A stretch of DNA of 57,086 bases from an uncultured Planctomycetales bacterium (lineage in GTDB: Bacteria; Omnitrophota; Gorgyraeia; Gygaellales; Profunditerraquicolaceae). The position numbers and the translations under genes are program-made. This document shows, in pieces, positions 10,120 through 19,484 of this stretch; the first letter of the stretch is position 1, and each line of letters opens with the position of its first letter. The stretch spans positions 1 through 57,086 of the forward strand of contig CAZAPM010000008.1 in NCBI GenBank assembly GCA_964487475.1, in the 5' to 3' direction. Below the pieces are notes generated by a model. The model ran no database searches. It saw nothing but the letters and a program-made list of their open reading frames with translations, and was not told the DNA's origin.

Positions 10120-11256
10120 ATGGATACGCCACACAGTATACTTTGTCTTTCCTCATCCTTCTGGGGCTTGCGAAAAGGCAGCCGCGAACACCTCATGTCC
10201 CGGCTGGCACACGAGCGGACCGTGCTATACGTCGATTACCAGTGCGACCCCCTGCAGGTGGTACGTTATCCCCATGTCCGCGCCTTTGCGGGAGTGACTG
10301 CCCGGCTGATAAAGATCTCGGATTCGCTTTTCGTGATGCGGCCAAGGATGCAGCTGCCTCCCTGGATCCCCGGAGCACGCGCAGTGAACGAACGCCTGCT
10401 GCGGGCACAGATCAGGAAGGCCATGGACACCCTGAGAATACACTCGCCTCTGCTGTGGGTATACCATCCCCGGTACGCGAGGCTCTGCAGCAGCCTGCCA
10501 CACCGGGGAGTGTTATACCACTGCATAGATGATTATCCTGCGGAGCTTAAAAGAACGGCCCGCGACAGGTTAGCCGCTGAGGAACAACAGCTCTGCCGGC
10601 AGGCGGATATCGTGATCGCACAAAACCAGAAGCTGTATGATAAACTTAAACCCCACAGCCGCAGGATATCCCTGATGGAGCCGGGGGTTGACGACGACCT
10701 TTTTCAGGCAGGCGCCCGCGCGCGCGCCATCCCAAAGCCGGGGACCTGTATCGGGCTCATCGGCAGCTTCGACCACCGCCTGAATTACCGCCTGGTGCGC
10801 GAACTGGCAGAGCGGATGCCTCAGGCGCATTTTCTGCTGGCCGGGCCTTTGATGAGCCGCGCTCCGGAGCTTCGCCGCCTGCTTACGCTTCCTCACGTCG
10901 AATACTTAGGGTCGCTGGAAAAAGGCCTTCCGCAGGTATACGGCCGCTGCAGCGGAGGGATCATTCCCTATCACGTCACCGAGTTCACCAACGGGATCGC
11001 CCCCCTCAAAGCGTACGAGTTCTTCAGCTTCGGAGTGCCGGTAGTGGCCACCCCTTTTGCGGCAGCCCGGGACCTGGCAGCGCAGGGACTTTTATATGTT
11101 GCGCAAGAGGCCGATTTCGTGGAAAATAGTGTGCGGGTGTTCTCCGGGCAGGAGGACCCTGCGCTGGCGCAGGCGCGCATACGCTTCGCCGGAGAACGGC
11201 TTTGGTCCCAAAAAGCCGCACACATACGCGGAATCCTCGCCGACCTACACCTATGA
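10120..11256 (+). CDS. GT-B glycosyltransferase (GT4/TuaH-like)
   Basis: LYHCIDDY, IGSFDHRLN, GIIPY...PLKAYEFFSFGVPVVAT. Confidence 0.82.
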   Translation: MDTPHSILCLSSSFWGLRKGSREHLMSRLAHERTVLYVDYQCDPLQVVRYPHVRAFAGVTARLIKISDSLFVMRPRMQLPPWIPGARAVNERLLRAQIRKAMDTLRIHSPLLWVYHPRYARLCSSLPHRGVLYHCIDDYPAELKRTARDRLAAEEQQLCRQADIVIAQNQKLYDKLKPHSRRISLMEPGVDDDLFQAGARARAIPKPGTCIGLIGSFDHRLNYRLVRELAERMPQAHFLLAGPLMSRAPELRRLLTLPHVEYLGSLEKGLPQVYGRCSGGIIPYHVTEFTNGIAPLKAYEFFSFGVPVVATPFAAARDLAAQGLLYVAQEADFVENSVRVFSGQEDPALAQARIRFAGERLWSQKAAHIRGILADLHL

Positions 11257-13145
11257 TCAAAGGCAAAGACATACTCTGCATCTCATCCATCGACTGGAAC
11301 TTCAACTGGCAGGGCCACCAGGAGATCATGGCTGCCCTGGCGGCAGAGGGGAATCGGGTGCTCTTCATCGAGAACACCGGAGTGCGCACTCCCGGGATAA
11401 AGGACCTTTCCCGGATCTCCTCGCGCCTGCGCAGCTGGATCACCAACGTCAAGGGATTCCGGAAGGAGAGGGAGAACCTTTTCATTTATTCTCCCGTGAT
11501 ACTGCCGTTCCCTTACTCCAGGACCGCCCGTTGGATCAACCGGCGCATGCTCATCCGGCCGCTGCAGAAATGGCTGCGGCTCATGCGTTTTCAGCCCGAT
11601 ATCATCTGGACCTTCCTGCCGACGCACACCGCGCTGGACATCATCGACCAGATCGATCACGAGATCCTGGTGTACTACTGCATCGCCGACTTTTACGAGC
11701 TTACCGGAAGGTCCACAAAATCGCGCAAAGCGGAGCAGGAGCTCCTTTCGCGCTGCGACCTGGTGTTTGCGCAAGGGGAGGACCTGGCCCGCAAGTGCCG
11801 CGCCCACGCGCGTTCGGTGCACATCTTCCCCTTCGGGGTCAACTGGAAGAATTTCGCGCAATCCGTTGACGGAATGCCGGAGCCGCGCGACCTGGCCCGG
11901 CTGCCGCATCCGCGAATCGGCTATGTCGGAGGCATCCACCGCCATATCGACCTGGCGCTGGTGCATGCCCTCGCCACAGGGCACCCCCAATGGAGCTTCA
12001 TCATGGTCGGGCCACAGCAGACGCATACCCCTCTGCTGGAGAACCTCCCGAACGTGTATTTCATCGGAGCTAAACCGTTCCCGGAACTTCCCGCGTACGT
12101 GTCCCGGTTCGACGTCTGTCTTATCCCTTACCTTAAAAGCGAATACACTGCCACCGTATACCCGACCAAACTGAATGAATACCATGCTGCCGGAAGACCG
12201 GTCGTATCCACGGATATCCCCGAAGTGATCCGCTACAACCGGGACCACGGAGATATCGTCTACTTAGCCGGCACCGCGGAGGAGTTTTCCCGCCAGATAG
12301 AAAAAGCCCTGGCGGAGGACTCTCCGCATTTGGAGACGGCCCGCAGACAGGCGGCCTCCACCCACAGCTGGGAAACACGGATCGAACAGATGAGCACGCA
12401 TATGGAGCGCGCGCTGCAGGATAAGAGCGGCCGCAGGGAGGAATGGGGAAAGCTGTTGCGCACCCTTTACCGCCGCAGCCGGCATAAAGTGTTCAAAGCG
12501 CTGGCGGTCTTTGCCTGCGCCTACGGCCTTTTGTTCTATACTCCCGCGGTGTGGATACTCTCCAGGCCCCTGATGGTGACGGATGCACCGGAGAAAGCGG
12601 ATGCCATCGCGGTATTCGCCGGAGGGGTGGGGGAATCGGGCAAAGCTGAACAGGGGTATGAAGAGCGCCTCTCGCACGCGATAGACCTCTACCGCAGCGG
12701 GTACGCGCCCCGGATCATCCTTTCCTCGGGATACACGTATTTCTTCAAGGAAGCGGAGGTCATGAAGCGGCTGGCCATGGCCGAGGGCGTCCCGGAAAGC
12801 GCGCTGATACTCGAAGAGCGTTCCGCCAACACCGTCGATTACGTACGCAACGCTGCGGGGATCCTGCGGCAGCACGGATGGTCCCGCGTGCTCGTGGTCA
12901 GCTCGCCCTATCACGGCCGCAGGATACGGATGACCTTCCAAAAGCACGCCCCGGACATCCGGGCCAGGATCACCCCCATCGCCAACAGCCTTTTTTTCGA
13001 TCATGCGGCGTTTGACGCGAAGGGCAAAAGAATATGGAAACGGATTTCCTTCAGACAAGCCAAAGCCCTGGCGCACGAATATTGCGCCATCGCATATTAC
13101 TGGCTCACGCCAGGCAAGGCAAGGAGCGGACATGCGCCTCATTGA
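11253..13145 (+). CDS. GT-B glycosyltransferase fused via a TM helix to a YdcF/ElyC (DUF218) domain
   Basis: N-terminus YYCIADF, YVGGIHRHID, PTKLNEYHAAGRPVVST. Hydrophobic helix near aa 410-435. C-terminus ADAIAVFAGG, ILEERSANT, VVSSPYHGRR, LAHEY. Confidence 0.82.
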   Translation: MIKGKDILCISSIDWNFNWQGHQEIMAALAAEGNRVLFIENTGVRTPGIKDLSRISSRLRSWITNVKGFRKERENLFIYSPVILPFPYSRTARWINRRMLIRPLQKWLRLMRFQPDIIWTFLPTHTALDIIDQIDHEILVYYCIADFYELTGRSTKSRKAEQELLSRCDLVFAQGEDLARKCRAHARSVHIFPFGVNWKNFAQSVDGMPEPRDLARLPHPRIGYVGGIHRHIDLALVHALATGHPQWSFIMVGPQQTHTPLLENLPNVYFIGAKPFPELPAYVSRFDVCLIPYLKSEYTATVYPTKLNEYHAAGRPVVSTDIPEVIRYNRDHGDIVYLAGTAEEFSRQIEKALAEDSPHLETARRQAASTHSWETRIEQMSTHMERALQDKSGRREEWGKLLRTLYRRSRHKVFKALAVFACAYGLLFYTPAVWILSRPLMVTDAPEKADAIAVFAGGVGESGKAEQGYEERLSHAIDLYRSGYAPRIILSSGYTYFFKEAEVMKRLAMAEGVPESALILEERSANTVDYVRNAAGILRQHGWSRVLVVSSPYHGRRIRMTFQKHAPDIRARITPIANSLFFDHAAFDAKGKRIWKRISFRQAKALAHEYCAIAYYWLTPGKARSGHAPH

Positions 13146-13980
13146 CGATAAGGGAAAATTACTCGGATTGATCAACCCCATCGATCTTTTCTTCCTGCTG
13201 CTGGGAGCGCTGCTACTGCCGGCGACGGCAATGTTGCTGCATCTGGGAGCATCCCCCCAGGGCGCGTTGGGACTGCCGGTAGAGACCGAACTGGCCTGCA
13301 AATGCATCAAGATACCCCCAGACGTGCTTCCTCTGGTCAAAACCGGTAACACCGCCCTGGACAGGCGGACCAAACAGGTGACCGCTACGATCACCAAAAC
13401 CGGAGAGCCGCAGCCTTACGGTATCAGCATTTCCCTGGGGGACAAATACCGGCAGGTGATCCAGGATAAACACCTGCATCAGATGCAGGTGCACTTCAAG
13501 CTTCACGCCCAGGCCCAGGGGGATACCCTCTTTTACAACGGCTACCGCATCAACATCAATACCCCGTTCCAGTTCGAGACCAACAATTACCGGCTCACCT
13601 GTCTGCCCCTCAGTTCCCTGGAAATGTACGGAAAGTGGAAGACCATCACCGTACGCTTCGTGGACGTCTCCCCGGAGCTGCGCGCCTTGATCAACTCCGG
13701 GCATATCGAACGGGACGAGAACGGGGCTATCATCGCCAAGCTGGCGGAGATCACCGGCGCGGTGCCGGTCTCTGTCTCCACGGTGATCGGCAACCGGTTC
13801 CTGCTGATCAACGACCCCAGCCGCAAGGACATCACTGCGCGCATGGAAGTGCTCTGCTCGGACAACGGGGGATTGCTCCTCTTCAAGGAATTCCAGATAA
13901 AGGTGGGAGCGCAGATCGTGTTCAATTCGGATAAATACGTCGTCTCCGGGATAATCACCGGGATAGAGGATCCCCGATGA
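13132..13980 (+). CDS. DUF4330-like membrane-anchored protein (two tandem domains)
   Basis: N-terminus MRLIDDKGKLLGLINPIDL plus TM helix. Each half ends in a similar motif (RININTPFQFETNNY / IKVGAQIVFNSDKY). Confidence 0.7.
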   Translation: MRLIDDKGKLLGLINPIDLFFLLLGALLLPATAMLLHLGASPQGALGLPVETELACKCIKIPPDVLPLVKTGNTALDRRTKQVTATITKTGEPQPYGISISLGDKYRQVIQDKHLHQMQVHFKLHAQAQGDTLFYNGYRININTPFQFETNNYRLTCLPLSSLEMYGKWKTITVRFVDVSPELRALINSGHIERDENGAIIAKLAEITGAVPVSVSTVIGNRFLLINDPSRKDITARMEVLCSDNGGLLLFKEFQIKVGAQIVFNSDKYVVSGIITGIEDPR

Positions 13981-14141
13981 CGATACGGACGATCCTTAAC
14001 GGCTCCCTGGTGATCAGGAAACTGCGCAGCGGAACACGCAGGATCAAGGCAGCCTTACCGGCATCCCGGAGCAGGATCATCCGCGGAAGCAGGGTGCTGC
14101 GATTTCTAAATAACTGTTGCAAGTCCCTTTTTTTGCACTAG
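13977..14141 (+). CDS. Putative 54-aa highly basic small protein (absent from the ORF track)
   Basis: ATGA overlap with the DUF4330 stop and GAGGA RBS 6 nt upstream. MTIRTILNGSLVIRKLRSGTRRIKAALPASRSRIIRGSRVLRFLNNCCKSLFLH. Confidence 0.45.
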   Translation: MTIRTILNGSLVIRKLRSGTRRIKAALPASRSRIIRGSRVLRFLNNCCKSLFLH

Positions 14142-14144
14142 AAT
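14117..14144 (+). promoter_or_regulatory. Putative sigma70 promoter for the epimerase operon
   Basis: TTGCAA-16 nt-TAGAAT in an AT-rich stretch. GGAGG RBS lies before ATG 14186. Confidence 0.5.
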
Positions 14145-14185
14145 AATTATGTTCTGCTCATAATCATCCCGTTACGGAGGCAACC

Positions 14186-15157
14186 ATGAAGATACTTATC
14201 ACGGGAGGCGCCGGGTTTATCGGTTCGCATCTCGCGGAGCGTTTGCTCGCCGAAGGTAATTCGGTCGTAGCTTTAGACGACCTTTCCACCGGCAGGATGG
14301 AGAACATCTCCGCCCTGCAGAGCAATCCCAACTTCCAGCTGGTGATCGGCACCATCCTCAACGAAGTCCTGGTGGATAAACTGGTGGAGCGCTGCGATGC
14401 CATCTTCCATCTGGCAGCCGCGGTCGGGGTGGAACTGATCGTCAAAAAGCCCCTGGAATCCCTTACTACCAACATAAAAGGCAGCGAGATCGTGCTGGAG
14501 ATGGCGCACCGCTACCATAAGAAGATCCTCATCACTTCCACCTCCGAGATATACGGGAAGAACGTCAACGGCCCCCTGAAAGAAGGGGATGACCGCATTC
14601 TGGGCTCGCCTTTGAAGACACGCTGGAGCTATTCCACCGCCAAGGCCGTAGACGAGATGCTGGCCTATGTCTACTGGAAGGAAAAAGCGGTGCCTGCGGT
14701 GATCGTGCGGCTCTTTAACACCGTCGGGCCGCGCCAGACGGGATACTACGGGATGGTCATGCCGCGCTTCATCGAGCAGGCGCTTTCCGGAAAACCCCTT
14801 ACCGTATACGGGACCGGAAAACAGACCCGCTGCTTTACCCACGTCAAGGACGTGGTCAGCGCCCTGATCAAACTGATCCAGGAGCCGAAAGCGGAAGGGG
14901 AGGTCTTCAATATCGGCAGCCAGCAGGAGATCAGCATCGAAGATCTGGCCAAAGAGATCATCAAATTGACCGGAAGCGCCTCAAAGATCGAGTATATCGC
15001 CTATGAGACCGCCTACGAGGAAGGATTCGAGGACATGCAGCGCCGGGTTCCCGATATCGGCAAGATCCATTCCTGCATCGGCTATACCCCTTCCTATAAG
15101 CTCGAGCAGATCATCAAGGATATAGTCGCCTATATCAGTTCTAAACAGAAGAAGTGA
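14186..15157 (+). CDS. NAD-dependent nucleotide-sugar epimerase/dehydratase (extended SDR)
   Basis: GGAGFIGS, TSTSEIYG, YxxxK (YSTAK), RLFNTVGPRQ, RCFTHVKD. Confidence 0.92.
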   Translation: MKILITGGAGFIGSHLAERLLAEGNSVVALDDLSTGRMENISALQSNPNFQLVIGTILNEVLVDKLVERCDAIFHLAAAVGVELIVKKPLESLTTNIKGSEIVLEMAHRYHKKILITSTSEIYGKNVNGPLKEGDDRILGSPLKTRWSYSTAKAVDEMLAYVYWKEKAVPAVIVRLFNTVGPRQTGYYGMVMPRFIEQALSGKPLTVYGTGKQTRCFTHVKDVVSALIKLIQEPKAEGEVFNIGSQQEISIEDLAKEIIKLTGSASKIEYIAYETAYEEGFEDMQRRVPDIGKIHSCIGYTPSYKLEQIIKDIVAYISSKQKK

Positions 15158-16365
15158 AGCCTCGGACGCGCATACCGCTCCTGCGCATCATCGCCCGCCT
15201 CAATATCGGCGGCCCCGCGCTGCATACCGTGATCCTGACCCAGGGCCTGAAGCAGGAGGGTTTTGACACGGTGCTGGCGTGCGGACCGGTAGACCCCCAG
15301 GAAGGGGACATGTCCTATTTCGCGCGAGAGCGCGGGGTAGAGGTGCGCCTGATCCCGTCCCTTACCCGGAAAATATCACCCCTCAAAGACCTTACCGCTG
15401 CCGTATCGCTTTTCAAATTGTGCCTGGAGCATACACCCTGGGTGATACATACCCATACCGCAAAAGCCGGAGCACTCGGACGCCTGGCAGGATATCTTTA
15501 TAAAACCTGCTTCAGAAACAGAAATACCCCCTGCGTGCTGGTGCACACCTTCCACGGCCATGTTCTGGAAGGGTATTTCCATCCGGCGATCAACGCCTTT
15601 TTTACGGCGCTCGAACGGCTGCTCTGCCTTACGACCGACCGCATTCTCACCGTAAGCGACTCCGTTAAAGAGGAACTGGTATCCCGCCGCATTTGCCCTG
15701 CCGATAAGATCGAGGTCATACCCTTAGGCTTTGACCTTTCCGCGTTTACCGCCGTCACCGAACCCAAAGAAACGGAGACCTTCACCATAGCCATGGTCGG
15801 CAGGATGGTCCCCATCAAGAACCACCGGATGCTGCTGGAGGCGCTGGCACTACTTAAGAAAAAGGACCCTCGCCGGTCATTCTCCTGCGTCCTGGCCGGG
15901 GACGGGGAGTTGCGGCCGCAGCTGGAAGCATACGCCCGGGAACTCGGCATCGAAAACCAGGTGCATTTTTCCGGATGGCAGAAGGATACCGCGCAGATCT
16001 ATTCCCGTTCGGATTGCGTGGTCCTGACCTCCCTTAACGAAGGTACGCCAGTGTCCCTGATCGAAGCCATGGCCAGCGGCCGTGCCGTAGCCGCCACCAG
16101 GGTAGGAGGAGTGCCTGACCTGATGGGAAGACCCTGCCAGCCGCCCTCCCTGGCGCCCGGAAGTATCAGCGTGCACGAGCGGGGGATACTCGTCGCCTCG
16201 GGGGATGCGGCTGCGCTGGCAGAGGCTTTGGATACGTTACGCCAGCAGCCGGCGCTTCGCGCCATGCTCGCGGCCAGGGGCAGGGCTTTCGCCTCGACGG
16301 CCTTCACCCGCGAGCGCCTCTGCGGCGATATAAAAAACCTGTATGCAAAGCTGCTGAAGCAATGA
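15154..16365 (+). CDS. GT4 glycosyltransferase
   Basis: RIIARLNIGGPA, HTHTAKAG, HTFHGHV, GRMVPIKNH, SLNEGTPVSLIEAMASG. GTGA overlap. Confidence 0.92.
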   Translation: MKPRTRIPLLRIIARLNIGGPALHTVILTQGLKQEGFDTVLACGPVDPQEGDMSYFARERGVEVRLIPSLTRKISPLKDLTAAVSLFKLCLEHTPWVIHTHTAKAGALGRLAGYLYKTCFRNRNTPCVLVHTFHGHVLEGYFHPAINAFFTALERLLCLTTDRILTVSDSVKEELVSRRICPADKIEVIPLGFDLSAFTAVTEPKETETFTIAMVGRMVPIKNHRMLLEALALLKKKDPRRSFSCVLAGDGELRPQLEAYARELGIENQVHFSGWQKDTAQIYSRSDCVVLTSLNEGTPVSLIEAMASGRAVAATRVGGVPDLMGRPCQPPSLAPGSISVHERGILVASGDAAALAEALDTLRQQPALRAMLAARGRAFASTAFTRERLCGDIKNLYAKLLKQ

Positions 16366-16371
16366 TATAAT
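16363..16371 (+). promoter_or_regulatory. Extended -10 element (TGnTATAAT) 8 nt before the wecA-like start
   Basis: TGATATAAT at 16363-16371, ATG at 16380, no Shine-Dalgarno sequence in between. Confidence 0.5.
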
Positions 16372-16379
16372 TACGCATT

Positions 16380-18161
16380 ATGAGCATGCAGGATTTTCTC
16401 TTCTACTTCGGGTTCCCTTTTCTGGGAAGTCTCTGCCTGACCCCCCTGGTCCGCTCCTTTGCCCGGGCGCATAACATCATCTCGTACCCCCGGCAGGACC
16501 GCTGGCATAAACACCCCACCGCGCTCTTAGGCGGCATCGCCATCTTCCTGGCCGCGATCATCCCCCTGATCCTGCTCTCCTCCCATGACCGCAAGACCTT
16601 AGGGTTGATCGGAGGGGGGACGCTGCTTTTCCTGGTCGGCCTGGCGGACGATAAATTCCATTTCGCGCCGTACACCAAGCTCTTCGCCCAGCTGATCGCG
16701 GGAAGCATCGCCGTGCTGGCCGGCATATCCATCGGCATGCCCGTGAACCAGTTGTTATCCGTTCCCCTGACCCTGCTCTGGATCGTAGGCATCACCAACG
16801 CCTTCAACCTCCTGGACAACATCGACGGTCTGGCCGCCGGGATCGCCGCCATCGCCGCGGCCATGCTCTTCATCACCTCCGTGATCTTCGCCTACAATCC
16901 GCTGGGGCCGGCAGGGCTGGTGCTCGCAGGCGCCGCCTTAGGGTTCCTGCCGTACAACTTCAATCCGGCGAAGATCTTCATGGGGGATTCCGGAAGCATG
17001 TTCTTAGGGTATTCCCTGGCCGTGGTCTCCATCTCCGGGACCAGCCGGCACCTTTCCAACCTGCTCATCACCCTTTTCATCCCGGTACTGATCCTCTGCG
17101 TGCCTATCTTCGACACCCTCTTCGTGATGATCGGCCGCACCATCCAGGGGAAAAAGATATTCGAGGGGGGAAAGGACCATACCTCGCACCGCCTGGTCAC
17201 CCTGGGGCTTTCCCCGAAGAAAGCCGTGGTGCTCATGTATGCGGTCAGCATCGTCTTCGGCCTGATCGCGCTTTCCTACCTGAAGCTCGACTTCTTTCTG
17301 GTCTCCATCATCGCCTTCCTGGGGGTGTGCATCCTGATCTTCTTCGGACACTTTCTTTTCGAAGGCACCTCGTACAAGGCAGCGACTGCCGGAAAACCCC
17401 TCGATCCCGCGGGAAGGAAGGTGGTGCTGACCGGGTTCTTCATGCATAAGAGGAGGATCCTGGAAGTGGTGCAGGATTTCCTTTTCGTCTGCACCGCGTA
17501 CTACGCGGCATACTTCCTGCGCTTCGAGGGAGGCCTCCTGGCGAGCAACCTGGAACTCCTCAAGAACTCCCTTTTATGGATCATCCTGATCAAGATGTCA
17601 GTCTTCTTCGCCTTCGGATTGTACCGGGGGGTATGGCGCTATATCGGCATCTCCGATTTCTTCACTATTTTCAAGGTCTGCTCCATCGGTTCGCTCTTCT
17701 CCGTGCTCTTTCTGACCTTCGTCTTCCGGTTCAAGGATTACTCCCGGGCGGTGTTCATCATCGACTGGCTGATCCTGCTGCTCCTGCTGATGGGCTCGCG
17801 TTTCCTGCTGCGCATGATCGTGGAGTTCTTCAGCCGGGTCTCCACCAAGGGTAAGCGGGTGCTCATTTTCGGGGCAGGGGATATCGGAGAGATGGTGGTC
17901 CGCGAGATGCGCCGGGACAAATCCCTGAGCTACTGCCCGGTGGGGTTCGTGGATGACGATCCCCGGAAGACCGGGATCAAGATCCACGGGGTACCCGTGA
18001 TGGGGACCAGGCAGGGGATGGAGGAGCTGATCCAAAAGAAGGGGATCGAGGAGCTGATCATCGCCATTTCCAGCATCTCCCCGGAGGAGATGGATAAGAT
18101 CGTCCGCCTATGCAAAGAGCATCACCTCACCTACCGCAAGGTCAAAGGCATCCTGGAATGA
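16380..18161 (+). CDS. WecA/MraY-family polyprenyl-phosphate sugar-1-phosphate transferase fused to a CapD/PglF-type membrane plus CoA-binding-like domain
   Basis: GLADDK, NAFNLLDNIDGLAAG, FMGDSGS, KDHTSHRL. Then YRGVWRY, VLIFGAGDIG, GFVDDDPRK, EELIIAI. The protein ends before any dehydratase catalytic domain. Confidence 0.85.
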   Translation: MSMQDFLFYFGFPFLGSLCLTPLVRSFARAHNIISYPRQDRWHKHPTALLGGIAIFLAAIIPLILLSSHDRKTLGLIGGGTLLFLVGLADDKFHFAPYTKLFAQLIAGSIAVLAGISIGMPVNQLLSVPLTLLWIVGITNAFNLLDNIDGLAAGIAAIAAAMLFITSVIFAYNPLGPAGLVLAGAALGFLPYNFNPAKIFMGDSGSMFLGYSLAVVSISGTSRHLSNLLITLFIPVLILCVPIFDTLFVMIGRTIQGKKIFEGGKDHTSHRLVTLGLSPKKAVVLMYAVSIVFGLIALSYLKLDFFLVSIIAFLGVCILIFFGHFLFEGTSYKAATAGKPLDPAGRKVVLTGFFMHKRRILEVVQDFLFVCTAYYAAYFLRFEGGLLASNLELLKNSLLWIILIKMSVFFAFGLYRGVWRYIGISDFFTIFKVCSIGSLFSVLFLTFVFRFKDYSRAVFIIDWLILLLLLMGSRFLLRMIVEFFSRVSTKGKRVLIFGAGDIGEMVVREMRRDKSLSYCPVGFVDDDPRKTGIKIHGVPVMGTRQGMEELIQKKGIEELIIAISSISPEEMDKIVRLCKEHHLTYRKVKGILE

Positions 18162-19378
18162 CCCGCGCGCTTCAGGAGCATCTGGAAAAGGCGGTCGTAG
18201 TGTGCGCGGGGATATTCCTGCTCTGGGGGATATTCGACGCCAAAGCCGCCAAGATACTCCTCATGATCATGCTGGCGGCCATCCTGGTGAAAACCATCCT
18301 TTCCCGGGGACAGGATTGGCCGGAGAGGTTCTTCATCGCGCCGGGCCTGCGTTATCCGGTCTTCGCCTTTTACGCGGCGTGCCTGCTCTCCGTTGCGTTG
18401 AGCATCGATCCCTACCACAGCCAGAAGATATTCTTCTCCCGCTATGCGCCTTATGCCGGGTTCATGATCGCGGGGATATGGCTCGGCCGCACCCACCCCG
18501 CCTGGCTCAGCCGCCTCATGTACGGATTCCTCCTGCTGCAGCTCGTGCTGGGAGCAGGGATGATCCGGGATTATTTCTTTTATGCGCAGACCAATCCCGC
18601 GATGGTGGAGCGGCTCTGGTCCACGTTCGGTATCCGCATCGAGTATTACGGCCTGCCGGTATTCCTCTCCATGTTCATACCCTTCTGCTGCGCCTGCGTG
18701 ATAAAAGGCCGGCGCGTCTTCCTGCAGCTGGTCTCTTTGGCCGCGCTGGCGTGCCTCATCCCGAGCCTGGCGCTGAATTCCTCGCGCATCGCCATGGCCG
18801 GGGTGATCGCCGGGATGCTGTTCGTCGTGGCGACCATGCACCGTAAAAAAGCCGCGATCGGGATGCTTATCGCGGCACTCTTCATTACCGGCCTGCTGGC
18901 CGTTCCGCAGGCCAGGCAGCGGCTCAAAACCGTACGCACTCCCGCAGAATGGTCGAACCGCATCCCCCTTTACCGCGCCGCGCTCTCCATGATCAGGGAC
19001 CAGCCGGTCATGGGCACGGGCTTAGGCACCTTTGAAAAAGTGCTGCACTGGCCGAAATACGAACTTCCGGAAGATTATCCCGTGCCACGGGAGCTCAACC
19101 TCCATGCGCATAACACCTACCTGGAGGTGGCTGCGGAGACGGGATTGATAGGAGGGATATGCTTTCTCTGGATCTTCGCGGCCTTTTTCCTGCACGCGTG
19201 GAAGGCGGTCAAGGACGATCCGTACCCTTTCACCGCCGGCTTAAGCGCGGCGATGCTTTCGGTGCTGGTATTCGCCTTCGGGTCGACCATCCTTACCGTC
19301 GGGATCACCGTGCCGGGCTACTTCTGGTTCCTCTTCGGCGTATCCCTTGGATCCGTCACTTCCCGCTTCCGCCGCTGA
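18158..19378 (+). CDS. O-antigen ligase family protein (Wzy_C)
   Basis: LNSSRIA, WSNRIPLY, PVMGTGLGTF, HAHNTYLEVAAETGLIG. ATGA overlap. Confidence 0.85.
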   Translation: MTRALQEHLEKAVVVCAGIFLLWGIFDAKAAKILLMIMLAAILVKTILSRGQDWPERFFIAPGLRYPVFAFYAACLLSVALSIDPYHSQKIFFSRYAPYAGFMIAGIWLGRTHPAWLSRLMYGFLLLQLVLGAGMIRDYFFYAQTNPAMVERLWSTFGIRIEYYGLPVFLSMFIPFCCACVIKGRRVFLQLVSLAALACLIPSLALNSSRIAMAGVIAGMLFVVATMHRKKAAIGMLIAALFITGLLAVPQARQRLKTVRTPAEWSNRIPLYRAALSMIRDQPVMGTGLGTFEKVLHWPKYELPEDYPVPRELNLHAHNTYLEVAAETGLIGGICFLWIFAAFFLHAWKAVKDDPYPFTAGLSAAMLSVLVFAFGSTILTVGITVPGYFWFLFGVSLGSVTSRFRR

Positions 19379-19410
19379 TCTACCACCCCTTGCCCGGGGG
19401 AAAATCCACC

Positions 19411-19449
19411 TAAATATTTATTGCTCAAGCAGTTATTGTGTGTTATTTT
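19411..19449 (+). promoter_or_regulatory. Putative sigma70 promoter with an upstream AT palindrome
   Basis: Perfect palindrome TAAATATTTA (19411-19420), then TTGCTC-17 nt-TATTTT preceded by TG. Confidence 0.4.
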
Positions 19450-19484
19450 AATCATACTATTACCGGTATACGGAGCAACGGCGC

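Noticed and set aside
14149-14163. Tiny upstream ORF ATG TTC TGC TCA TAA after the epimerase promoter
   Set aside because: Four codons, expected by chance in AT-rich DNA, with no attenuator structure.
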